Shown: positions 41,621 to 53,271, counted from the first letter of the stretch. The stretch: 64,000 nt of DNA from an uncultured virus (IMG/VR IMGVR_UViG_3300001335_000606) (IMGVR_UViG_3300001335_000606); one strand, 5' to 3'. Program-made: numbers and translations. The notes: generated from the sequence alone by a model not told the origin.

Positions 41621-42028
41621 ATGACTAAACAAAAAATTAAATTATTAAAAACACTTTTAAAATAGTTGAAAGAATAGAAAAAACAATTATTAAATGAAGT
41701 ACCAGGCGAAAAAATATACCAACTTCCTATAAAGTTTAATATAAGAGTATCATACTTACCAAATGTATATATTGATAATTCGTGGATGAATTCAAATTAT
41801 CTTCACAAGAAACTTACGCCTATTGACAATCCTGAAATGATAGTGGTCGAAGCATTGGGGGCATCTTAGAGAATTACAAGATTATTACTAATAGCATTAA
41901 AGAAGAAATTTGGAAATCAAACTGTAAATGTAACTAAATTGAATGAAATTGTAATTGATACTCAAAAGGATGGTAAAAAAATGCTTCCAATAGTTGATAA
42001 TATAATTAAAGAAACACTTTTAAAATAA
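41621..42028 (+). CDS. Leader-family small protein, paralogue of the preceding gene
   Basis: MTKQKIKLLKTLLK*L; LPIKFNIRV versus FPVRYNIRV. Confidence 0.7.
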
Positions 42029-42074
42029 AATATAACATGTTATTAGCATAATAATAAAATTTAAGGAGTGATTA

Positions 42075-43658
42075 ATGGATATATATAAAGCATTAAAAAG
42101 GGTTTTTGGAACAGGATTAATTGTTAACGACGTGAAAGGCGATAAAATTAAAGTTATTGATACACAGAGGTCTCAAGCCTATGCAAGAGCCAACACCTTT
42201 ATATCAAAATTACGTAAAAATTCATTATATCAAACAACTTTACAACAAAATTATTCAATTAACAGGCTAGCATTATATAGAGATTATGATATGATGGATG
42301 CCGATCCATATATCTCCTCTGCTTTAGATATATATGTCTTTGAATCATTAACTAAAGATGAATATGGGCAAACCTTAAAAATTACATGCCAAGATGAGGA
42401 TATCACTGAATTATTAGAAGAATTATTTTATGAGAGATTAAATTGTGAATTTAATTTCCCTATATGGTTCAGAAACTTTACAAAATATGGAGATTTCTTC
42501 TTAGCTTTAAAACTTCATGATACGTTAGGTATTATTGGTGGAGAGCCACTTTCTTCTTATGACTTATAGAGAGTTGAAGACGACCCCGATAGACCTGGTG
42601 CTTATTATTTTAAATTCTATGCTGGGGGTAATGAAATAATTTAGAATTATAACATTGCTCACTTTAGATTATTAAATGATTCCAACTTTTTGCCATATGG
42701 AAGATCTACATTATAGCCAGCACGTAGAATTTGGAAAAATTTAACTCTTATGATTGATGCTATGATGATTCAAAGAATTATGAGAGCACCTTAGAGAAGA
42801 GTTTTTAAAATTGATACTGGGGATTTGTCTAAGGAATAGGTCTAGCCTTATATGAGAGATGTAATAAACAAGATGCAAAAAGTTCCATATAAAGACCCTA
42901 ATACTGGTTAGATAAATCTCAAATATAATATCCAAAATTTACTTGAAGATTTCTTTATTCCTGTTAGAGGAAAAGAAGATGGTTCTAGTGTTGAAACTCT
43001 TGCTGGCATGTAGAATAGTTTTACGGATGACATACAATTCTTATTTAAATATTTAAGAACGGCACTAAAAATACCTAATGCATTCTTAAATGACGAGCAA
43101 GGAATCGAAGCAAAGGCAACTCTTGCTGGTCTTGACATAATATTTGCTAGATATGTTGAAACCTTACAGAATATATTTATAAGTTAGCTTTATAGAGTTG
43201 CTTTAATACATTTGTTTATGAATGGTTATACAGATTTGGGCGATATAGATTTTAAACTGGAATTAAATAACCCTTCTAATGTTAAGAAAATACAATAGAT
43301 TTAGCTTTGGAATCAGCTCGTAGATTTGGGTATCAAAATGTAGGAAAGTTCCCATTTTTCCTTGAACTTTATTTATGATGAAATTTATAATATTCCAGGC
43401 GACAGAGCCACCTTAATGCTAAAACAAATTAAGAGTGATAGAAAATATAAAGCTCAACTTTAGGCTTTGCAACAAGAAGTAATGGGTGGCGGTGAAGAAT
43501 AGTATGCTTAGGAAGAGGAAGAAGCTCCCGAAGAATACCAAGAAACTACATAGTCTGAGCCTGCTTAGTAGTAGGCATAGTCGGTTGAACCAGAAGAATA
43601 TTAGGAGTAGCCATTAACAAACAATTTTAGAGGCAATTCACCACTAAATTTGGATTAA
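42075..43658 (+). CDS. Portal protein (T4 gp20-like)
   Basis: YRDYDMMDADPYISSALD; FLPYGRSTL*PARR; MRAP*RRVFKID; EDFFIPVRG. Confidence 0.95.
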
Positions 43659-43745
43659 GGAAATATAAAATATGGGAAGGGTTCAATTCCACTATAAAAT
43701 TAAAGGATTTAATATCTTAATCAAGGAGAACGGAGATAGATAATT

Positions 43746-44573
43746 ATGTTAGAAAAGATTAAACATAGTAAAATCAAGAATACTGGCATTATTGCTGAAA
43801 TTTTAATCAAAAAAATGATAGAGTAGGCTGTATAGCATAAAAAGCCTATAGCATATAACATCTTTAATCATTTTTTCAATAAAAGAAACTTAATGAGTAA
43901 ATAGCTGTCTATTTATGAAATTTTAACGAACCAAAGATATTAGAATTAGGCAAAGGCTACAGATTTGCTTGAATAGGCTCTTAAAATGAGAATGTCTTTT
44001 GATGAAATGAAGTTATAGAAAGAAAAATATCTTTGTATTAAAGAAATGAAAAAGCACTATGACATAAAAGAATTGTTCAATTATAAAGTTTCTAATTACA
44101 AAGTGTATGCGAGTATATATAAAGTGTTTGAATCTTTGAAAAAAGAACAATTTAATCCAATTAACATAGTGGAGTCGAAATATCAAATAATAGAATATAT
44201 GCTTAAACCTATGAGATAGCAGGTTGTGAATTAGGATTTGGAATATTTCAGAAAGCAATCTTAGTAGATCAGATAGTAGGTTTTGAAAGTTTATTGTAAA
44301 AAGTTTAATTAGAAATATAGCACTCTTAGTGAGAAACAAAAAAAGCTTCTTAGATAGTACGCATATTCCATGTCCAATGCAACTGTTGATAAATATATAA
44401 ATAATTAGCTAAATCGTTTAAAAGATAAATTTAAAAGCATAGATAACAAAGATGTTGAATAGTTGGTGTAGAACATAGATAAGATTAAAAATATAAAACC
44501 GATACAAGACAAAATATATTCTCTCTTGAATTTGTATGAAATTGAAAAGATGTAGTATTAGAAGGAGTAGTAA
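43746..44573 (+). CDS. Conserved head-region protein
   Basis: KIKHSKIKNTG; VSNYKVYASIYKVFE; FN*KYSTLSEKQK. Confidence 0.75.
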
Positions 44574-44574
44574 T

Positions 44575-44886
44575 ATGAATACTACTGCAAATTTTGATGC
44601 ATACGCAACACCCTTTGCATTTGGGCCAAAGCGCAAAAAATTTTTGGACATTATGTTGAGAGATGGAAAAAAGATTATTTCCTAGGGATTTGGGAGATTT
44701 GAACCCCTGGAAAGACGGAAATTCAATAAAAATCTTATATCTATTCTTTTTAATGTCAAGATTAATGGCAATTTTCCTTAGCATATGGTTTGTTTAAGGG
44801 ATATATTAAGAAAAATAATCTTAAATATTAGTAATGGTCATTCTTATTGTTCAGCAGTTAATCAAGTATTACAGGAGACAGAATGA
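44575..44886 (+). CDS. Hypothetical protein
   Basis: SD aaggag; YATPFAFG motif. Confidence 0.65.
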
Positions 44887-45621
44887 GTGGTAGAAATTTC
44901 AGCAGAAGCTAGACCTACAATTGAACTTGTATTATATGGTTTTTCTATTTTATTTCCAAGCATTATATCAATTTTTGCAGTAGCTAGAAGAGCATATTTT
45001 AAAAAAACTGTTACTAATTTATATAAACTATTCGCAGAACAGAAAACCGAAAATGAAAAAGAACATAAAAGCATAATGGATAATATCAAGAATTGTTCAA
45101 TTAGCATTGAAAGTCATACTTAGACAATAAAGGGATTGCTTTTGGACAAAAATATTGCTACAAGAATTAGATAGATTATTAAACATGCAATTGATTATTG
45201 TAGAGATGGGAATTTGAGCAAAATTATGGATAATTCTGCATAGTAGTTAATTGTCTTTGCAAAAGAAGTTTTAGAAGTTGGATTATGGAATATAACAAAG
45301 GAACAACTATTGGCAAAATATTGGAATGCACGAGATAATTGTCTTATGTTTGGCAAATCCATTGTTGGCGAAGAAATGATGGATATTTGGCATAAAAAAT
45401 CATTACCAATTTATAAACGATATGCAAAATATTTGATTGACATATCAGAAGATATTGTAAATAATAAAGAACAGCGATTTCTTATAAAATTGGAAGATTT
45501 AACTCAAACAATGGTTCGTTAGTTTATTATGTTCACATCGCAAAAAAAGTATAGAGAATATTTAATAAAGTTAAATGGCAAAAATGAAAACGATACTTAG
45601 AACGATATTAAATCTGATTGA
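44887..45621 (+). CDS. Hypothetical membrane-anchored protein
   Basis: Joins track ORFs 44887 and 45310 across TAG; N-terminal TM helix. Confidence 0.7.
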
Positions 45622-45895
45622 AATAATTATTAAATTTGCTAATAAGCATAAAGATAAGCAATTGCATTTTTTGTATTGTGCAGTAATCTCTTATGGTTTT
45701 TATACCTTTATTAATTAGTTTACTATTGAAGTTAATTTTGGAATATTTGCAGTAATTTTATCAATTTCTATTTTAAAGGAAGGGGTTGATTTACTAATAA
45801 CAAACAAATTTTCTATAGGTGATATTATTGCGGGGTTACTGGGTTGGCTTTGGGCATTCTCTAATTGCTTGGTATGTTTAATCTTTTTTCGTTAA
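45584..45895 (+). CDS. Small membrane protein (VanZ/YfiM-like)
   Basis: DKQLHF...KEGVD...FSIGDIIA..LG. Confidence 0.6.
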
Positions 45896-45908
45896 AGGAT
45901 AATAATAT

Positions 45909-46202
45909 ATGAAAATGAAAGATTTAATAATGGAAAAATTAGAACCAGATAAATATTAGTCGCAATGGTTGAAAGTTGAATATGACGGCGAAAAAACGAC
46001 AAAATTAACTTTTCATATTTTAGGTGAAGAATTTGTTATTATTGACCATTCAATTGCGTTTTCTTTCGGCAGGGGAGAACATGTTGCTGAGAAAATTTAT
46101 AATACTATATTAAAGGAATTGTCAAAATCGGATAAAAGCAAATTTTAGCAATTATTAAAAAATTTATATAGTGGAAAATTGATAAAATATTTTAATAAAT
46201 AA
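45909..46202 (+). CDS. Small hypothetical protein
   Basis: MKMKDLIME leader. Confidence 0.65.
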
Positions 46203-46217
46203 GGAATAATATAATAT

Positions 46218-46853
46218 ATGGATAGAAAGCGAATATTGCTAGTAGAAACATTTCCACTTAGCATGCCATCTCAAAAGATTTTGAAATAGTCAATTAAAGA
46301 AAATAATGGTAAGCTTTATTTGACTGGCCGTTTGCAACATGCTAATTTATTGAATGGGAATGAAAGATATTATCCAAAAGATATTTTAGAAAAAGCAATA
46401 AATTAGTATATGCCTAAAATTAAAAATAATCAAGCATTTGGATAGTGTAATCATCCAGATAGTGATCAAATAGATTTAGAAAGAGTTTCGCATATAATTA
46501 AAGAATTATCTTGGAATGGCGATGAGGTTATTGGGACAATAATGCTTACGTCAAACCAAATTGGAAAAGATATGCAAGCCTTGGTAATATAGGACGGTGC
46601 TTCTCTTTCAATATCTAGTCGCGGACTGGGATCCCTTAAAAGAACTACAAAGGGTGATGAAGTTCAAGATGATTATTAGATAATAGGATGGGATTTAGTT
46701 GCTTAGCCATCAACACCCAATGCGACTTTCCATAATACGAATTAGAGTATTGATTAGAAAGTTAAAAAATTGGTATAGAAGAAAACCTTAACAGAAACTA
46801 AGAAGGAAAAGATTTCTTTCTTAGTAAATTAGATTAAAACACTTTTAAAGTGA
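46218..46853 (+). CDS. Prohead protease (T4 gp21-like)
   Basis: NGNERYYP; AFG*CNHP; VSHII; ISSRGLGSL; WDLVA*PSTPNA. Confidence 0.95.
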
Positions 46854-46867
46854 AGGAGTAACAAATT

Positions 46868-47140
46868 ATGATTATATCAAGAATAATTATAGCAATAATA
46901 TTTGGATTTTTTGGTGCCATTGGTGCATTAAATGCCCCTTGGGAAAAAATTTGGTCTGTAGCAATAGTAATAGCGCTTTATTCTATTTTCGAATTTTTAT
47001 ATGAGAGTTGGCACATTAAAAAAGCAAAATGCACTCAAAAGGAATCGATAGGATATTATTTACTTTCGTTGATTATTATGTTAATTCCATTATTAGTAAT
47101 AACATTCGGTCAATATGCGGGAAATATTTTGAGACCGTGA
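46868..47140 (+). CDS. Small membrane protein (three hydrophobic segments)
   Basis: Track ORF; SD aaggag. Confidence 0.65.
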   Translation: MIISRIIIAIIFGFFGAIGALNAPWEKIWSVAIVIALYSIFEFLYESWHIKKAKCTQKESIGYYLLSLIIMLIPLLVITFGQYAGNILRP

Positions 47141-47151
47141 GAAAATTTCGC

Positions 47152-47469
47152 ATGAAATTAAAAACTTTGATAGAAAATAGAATTAACATCTCCCAGGGTA
47201 AAACCCAACTTGCTGATAATTGGTATCAACATTTAGCAAAATATGTGAAAACAAAGGGTATTTGGAACAGCGTATAGAAAAATCTTCATGATATTATGAA
47301 AGTTGAACCAGATGGCAGAATTTCTGACGGAACTATTATCTATAAAAATTTGGAAACCATTTTGTCTCATCTGGAGCATGGCAGTGGATTTTCAACATTG
47401 AACAAGAGAAACAATATTTCTAGGAAAACATTGGTTAGAGCTATAAAAGATTTTTTAGCAAAAAATTAA
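47152..47469 (+). CDS. Small hypothetical protein
   Basis: MKLKTLIE leader. Confidence 0.65.
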
Positions 47470-47521
47470 ATAATTATATATAAGAGAAAAACTGTAAAAA
47501 TAAGGAAAATATAAAAATATA

Positions 47522-47743
47522 ATGCTTAAATTAATGGATTTATTATTTGAATAGCGTTAGGAAAAGGTTATAGTAATCAATAAAAAAACACAGAAGAAAT
47601 CAGAAATGTCTAAAGATTGGTATGAAAAACACAAAGATTAGTACACTTTGCAAAGTGTAAAACCTATAGAATCTAAGCCACCGGATGAAAATAAAAAACC
47701 TACAGGAGCAAAAAAAGCAGAAAAAACCGAGAAAACATATTAA
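47522..47743 (+). CDS. Small hypothetical protein
   Basis: MLKLMDLLFE leader. Confidence 0.7.
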
Positions 47744-47757
47744 GGAGAAAAAAGAAA

Positions 47758-48198
47758 ATGAGTAGAATCAAATTAGTAAACATCTTAGCATAGGCAATTA
47801 ATCGTCTGCAAGAAGGAGATAATATGGTGACAGTGCAAAATAAAAAAACTGGAAAAATTTATGACGTAAGTGAGGATTGGTATTCAAGTCATAAGAGCCA
47901 ATACGCAATACCAAAAAAGAAAATTAAAAAAGCTGGATCAGGTGCAAGCAGTCATTCTAAAAAAGTAACAAATGTTGATAAAGGATTTGACCATTTTAAA
48001 AGGTGGTTGGATGTTAAAATGTCACCGGAAGATGAAAAAAAGGCTAAAAGTCATTTTGCAACTATGTTGAAACAAGGTATGAGTGAAAAGGATATATAGT
48101 TATTAGCTGGTGAAGGTTAGGAGTCAGAAATGTATGACAAATTCAAAAACTATAAAGGGTTTGATAAGCTTAACGACGTAGTAGATAAATATTTTTAA
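47758..48198 (+). CDS. Hypothetical protein
   Basis: SD aaggag; MSRIKLVNILA*; includes track ORF 47824-48099. Confidence 0.7.
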
Positions 48199-48245
48199 TT
48201 TATGAGAAGGATTACAGTATAAATATATTGTAGGTATTGATTAAC

Positions 48246-49070
48246 ATGCTGACAACAAGATTTGAAGATGTTAAAAATTTCACCAATTATGTGCAAACCC
48301 CAGTTTCCAAAAATAAAATAGTAATACATGGAACTGCGGGAGGATCCGCAAATGGAGCAATACATTGGATGAATGGCGGAGCTGGCAGAAATGTTGCTGT
48401 AGATTTTGTTATTGGATAGAATGCCAGAATCTATAGATTGTTTCCTGAAGAATATTACGCTTATCATGCAGGATCTAAATTTAGAACTATAAGTGAAACT
48501 TCTTTTGGCATTGAGATTGTCAATTGGCTTTATTTAACTAAATCAGGATCTGATTATAAAACTTGGGTCGGATCGACAATTGATCCTTCAAGAGTAAAAT
48601 AGGTTAATATGTGGAGAGGTCATAAATACTTTCATACAATAACCTAGCAACAACATGCATCTTTGCAGTATTTGCTTAAATATTTATGTTAGAAATATGA
48701 TATAAGAAAAAGATTGTATAGAAATTACGATCCAAACTATGGATTTAATACCAGCGATTTTAGTGGTATATTATTCCATTCTACTTTCCATCCTTCCAAA
48801 ATGGATTGGTATATATATAAAGGAAGAATAAAGATGATTAAACTCAAACCATTAATTCAATAGGACTGGCATTCTTATTAGCAAAATTATACTGATCCTA
48901 GAACAATAAAGAAACATAGAAAACATTGGGATGCAATTTCTGAAAAAGAAAGATTAGAATGGGTTAAGCAACATAATGCTAGAGATTCTAATATTGTTCA
49001 TATAACCTTTTTAACACCTGCATAGATGAAAAAATATAAGGTAAAACCTTGGCCATATCGTAAATGGTAA
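48246..49070 (+). CDS. N-acetylmuramoyl-L-alanine amidase (endolysin), running in frame into a second domain at 48834
   Basis: IVIHGTAG; AYHAG; SFGIEIVN; GILFHS...KMD. Confidence 0.85.
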
Positions 49071-49104
49071 TTAACTATGATATACATATGAAGGAAGAAT
49101 ATCG

Positions 49105-49323
49105 ATAAAATTAAAAGAACTATTAAATTAGCATCAATATAAAAAGATAGTTAGCGTCAAGGGGGACTATACAACTATAGAATTTGTTGATGAAGAATTG
49201 GCAAATAAAGCAATAGCATGGGGAAAAAGGCATAATATAAAATGTTTTATGGATAGACCAAGAACAAATATTAAGGTTCTTACTTGGGATTTAGTCCAGT
49301 ATGCTAGTAATAATCTTTTTTGA
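49105..49323 (+). CDS. Small hypothetical ORF lacking a canonical start codon
   Basis: IKLKELLN* leader after SD aagga; no in-frame ATG/GTG/TTG before it. Confidence 0.45.
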
Positions 49324-49431
49324 AGAGGAAATTAAATGAATAAAAAAATATTAGCAAATTTTAATTTTTTTATTACTATTTTTCTTTCATTGGATAATTA
49401 TAAGTAAAGACAACTATTTAAAGAGGTGTAT

Positions 49432-49671
49432 GTGCGAAAAAGTAGAAAACAGCGTGGTAGAACAGTAATAGTTGAACATGATAATGTTGATAAGGCTATA
49501 AAAAAGCTTCGAAGATTAGTAACAGACAATAATATTATGAAATAGTATTATTAGCATTGTTATTATACAAAGAAGTCCGCTAAGCGCAGAAGGAAGCAAA
49601 GTCTGAAAAAATTTAAAGCCAAAATTTGGCAGGAAAAACAAGATTAGAAATTAAAATCTAGAACAATATAA
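49432..49671 (+). CDS. rpsU: Phage-encoded 30S ribosomal protein bS21
   Basis: VIVEHDNVDKAIKKLRRLV...IMK*YY*HCYYTKKSAKRRRK; SD gaggtg, GTG start. Confidence 0.85.
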
Positions 49672-49763
49672 CTTTGTCATTTTAATATGGCAAGAAATTT
49701 GATATCTAAAAAATATATCACATTACAAATCACAATATTTGTATCCCATAGGAGAATTAACAA

Positions 49764-50738
49764 ATGGAAGTTAAAAACTTACTAAAGTAGTCAATCCTTG
49801 AAGTTGAAACTTTAAAGGAAACTGCAACACGTAATACCAAAGACCAATTGCTAAAGGAAATGTCAAAGGGTCTTAAAAAACAACTTAAATAGCAATATGA
49901 ATAGGATAAATTCATTCCTGAAGAAGATTAGGATGATGAAATTCTTCCTGAGCAAGATTAGGATGATGAAATTCTTCCTGAAGAAGATTAGGAAGACGAA
50001 TTAATTCCTGAACAAGATTAGGATGATGAAATTATTCCTGAAGAAGATTAGGATGATGAAATTATTCCCGAGGAAGATTAGGAATAGGAACCTATCATTG
50101 AGGATGATTAGTTAGACGACATAATTGAAGAATTGGAAGATTAGACTGACTAGGATATGCCGTATAGCGAAAAGGCTATGTAGGAAGATCTGTAGGATGA
50201 TGAAAAAGTTCCATCTTTGGAAGAAGAGGAAGATGAATAGGAATTGATCTAGAAAATTAGAGAAATTCTTGAATCTTAGGAAGAATAGGAATAGAAAATT
50301 ATTCCTGAAGAAGATTAGGACTAGGAAAAATAGGAAGTGATTGAGCGATTAAAGAAAGAAAATAAAAAACTAAGAAAAGAAAATCGTCTTTACAATTCTA
50401 ATTTAAGGAAACTAAACTCCCAAGTTAATGAAATTAAATGTCTTCAAATGAAGAGTAGATATGCAATAAAGTTATTTGAAAGATTTAATTTGAGCCAATC
50501 TCAAAAAACTAAAGTTATTGAAAATTTCGATAGAGCAAATAACGAAAGAGAAATTAAACTTGTGTACGCTACTTTGGCTGAAGGACTTAAGAGTGTTTCT
50601 AAAACTCCTAAAAAGAAAAAGATGGGATACGCATCTAACCGTATTAAGACAACTAAAAGAAATATAAAAGAAAGTACACTTGATGATAGCGATAAGGCTG
50701 TGTCTGCAATATTCAGACGCAGAACCATTTTGGACTAA
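49764..50738 (+). CDS. Prohead scaffold/core protein (gp22-like)
   Basis: NLLK*SI start, acidic middle, QKTKVIENFDRA..REIKLVYATL; directly upstream of the capsid gene. Confidence 0.85.
49914..50093 (+). repeat. About six tandem 30-bp units in the scaffold gene ([I/L]PE[E/Q]D*DDEI)
   Basis: ttcctgaagaagattaggatgatgaaatt repeated with substitutions. Confidence 0.9.
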
Positions 50739-50764
50739 TCATCTATTAAGGAGATTCAAAAATA

Positions 50765-52441
50765 ATGAGATTTACTGAAGCTATAAAAAAGGTAATAGAC
50801 GATAATCCTAGTTATGGTACTCGTTTATAGCAAGCTGAAAAGATTGCTAGAAAGTGGGAAAAATTAGGATTAATGGAAGGGTTGAATTCCCCCAGAGATT
50901 CTCTGTTGAGAACCAATGTTGCCATAATGCTCTAGAACCAAGCTAAACAAATTTTAAGAGAAGCAAACTATACTTCCACTACTCAATATCACGAAGAGTG
51001 GGTTGGTATTGCAATGCCTCTCGTACGCAGATTTATGCACAAACTAGCTGGCAAGGACTTTGTGACTGTACAAGCAATGTCCCAACCGACTGGTTTGGTA
51101 TTCTTCATTGACCATCAATTTGGAACCACAAGAAAGGGATTCGATAAAGGTGAATCACTCTACGGCACTACATTTAGCGGTACCAGAGGGGAATTCGACT
51201 ATGTGATGGATACTAATCTTGAAAAAGGTCTTTATGATGCTGGCAGATGGGGATATTCACTTAATGAAGCAACTACCGTAAGCACGGTAACGGCATAGTC
51301 CACTTCTACGATTATTACTGCTAAATACTATCAAAATGATAGCAGATTTAGCCAATCATATGCTGATGAGATTGCCGATGGTGACATAAAACTTCTTTCC
51401 GTAGCAATTCCTACGGATGCAGATAAGAATGGATATGATGCCTTCTATCTATACAATAGTGAAACCGATACCAGTTCTGCAACTTATATTTAGAAAACAT
51501 TCAGACAATACACGAGAATTAATGGCGACAATTTGGAATTTGTAGTATTGACAGGGGGCAGCGATCCCTGGACTGGTAGTGCAACTCTATCATATCACAA
51601 ACAACCAACAACTTATAACCGTGGTGACTTTGAATATCAAGGTGACGACTTGCAAACTTAGGACATCGGTATTCCTGAAGTTCAATTCAAATTGACCCAA
51701 AAACCGATTGTACCTGAAACCCGCAAGATGAAAGCTACCTGGACGCAAGAGTTAATTGACGACTTGAACGCCCTATTGGCTATCGACGGTGAACAAGAAA
51801 TTTCCAACCAACTTACTGACCAAATCACTCTTGAAACTGACTTAGAATTGATTGCTATGATTGGTAAAGGTGCTGTTCAGTCTGGAAACGAAAGCTACTT
51901 CTCAGTTAAACCTGGATATTAGCTATCATCCGTGACAGATGGCGTGGCAACATTTGCAGAAAATAGTAACTACGCAATCCAAGACAGACCAAGTTGGTTC
52001 AGGAACATTTCTGTTCCAATGCAAAAGGTTTCTAACCAAATTCACCAAAAGACGGGTAAAGGTGGCGCAAACTTCGCTATCGTTTCCCCTACCCTTGCTA
52101 CTGTTCTTGAAACTATTGAAGGATTCTCAATGGATACAGATGGTACTCAAGACTGGATGGATGGTGGATTTACTAAGATTGGTACTTATAAAGCAAGATA
52201 TAAAATCTATAAAAACCCATATAGTGTTAGTGATAACATGATGATTTTGGGATATCGTGGAACTGGATTCCTCGACTTCGGCGCTGCATATTGCCCATAT
52301 ATTCCTCTTATCATGCTTCCTAATATAATGGAACCGACCAACTTAACACCTACGAAAGGTGTCTATACCAGATACGCAAAAACAATGCTTCGTAATGATT
52401 ATTACGGTGTTGTTTATGTTCACGGTCTATAGACAGTTTGA
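50765..52441 (+). CDS. Major capsid protein (T4 gp23-like, 558 aa)
   Basis: AIML*NQA; MPLVRR; VQAMSQPTGLVF; TRKMKATWTQE; AAYCPYIPL; TRYAK; 7 in-frame TAG. Confidence 0.97.
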
Positions 52442-52474
52442 GCTAGGTTTAACTTGGTATAACATAGATACATC

Positions 52475-52510
52475 GGGGGTGGTAGGTGTCTGCTTATCAC
52501 CTCTTTTTTT
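52475..52510 (+). terminator. Rho-independent terminator after the major capsid gene
   Basis: ggggtggtagg...cttatcacctc stem with G-U pairs, followed by a T run. Confidence 0.75.
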
Positions 52511-52535
52511 GTTTTACTTTAAAAGGGAAATAACT

Positions 52536-52790
52536 ATGACAAAAGAAAATAAATTGATAATGTAGAGAATGGTAAAAAGAGTATTGAATTAGGGCTATTC
52601 TTACACTATTACTCAAGCTGATAGACGCACAGTACATCTGAAGATGGTTTCCGAAGAATACAGAGATGTATTACTTAAAATTCTTGACGGTAATAGAATA
52701 AAGGCAACCCCTGTTGCTAAGGATAATGTTACTCTAATAGTCAACTTAGATTAGCTTATTAGCACTTTTCTTCACGCCATAAGATTTTAA
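52536..52790 (+). CDS. Small hypothetical protein
   Basis: MTKENKLIM*RMVKRVLN*. Confidence 0.7.
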
Positions 52791-52857
52791 ATATACTTAT
52801 ATCGTAAGAATGGAAAAAACCAATAAATAACATAAAATTTTAAAAGGAACTTAACAA

Positions 52858-53259
52858 ATGGCAAAAACAAACGAAAAAACTGACACTACTATAGAAGCAA
52901 AATCAGCTCCTATAAAATAGAAGATAGTAGAAAAAACCGAACCTATAAAAAAGGAAGTTGAAACTAAAAAAACAGCACCAGAGAAAATTGATGAACCTGT
53001 TAAATCACCACCAAAATCTGTATCAACTGCTACTATAGACATTTCATAGGTCAAAATTTTAGCCAAAGATTTAGAATTGAAAATAAAGACCAAATAGAAT
53101 TTAATGTGGGTTTGGGATCCTAAAACTTTTGAAAATACCAAGGATGTTAAACATTATGACAGTTTATCCACAGAATTTCTTTCAAGAGTTGATACTTTAA
53201 AAGATTTAATTGCTGGAAGAACTATTATAAACGGGGATTATACGATAACTAATTTTTAA
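52858..53259 (+). CDS. Hypothetical Lys/Glu/Pro-rich protein
   Basis: SD aagga; open through TAG to TAA. Confidence 0.7.
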
Positions 53260-53271
53260 GGAATGAGTTAA

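Noticed and set aside
43672..43743. 23-codon ORF between the portal and the next gene
   Set aside because: Too short and without a recognisable motif.
49914..50093. CRISPR-like 30-bp repeats
   Set aside because: Head-to-tail with no spacers and in frame within the scaffold gene.
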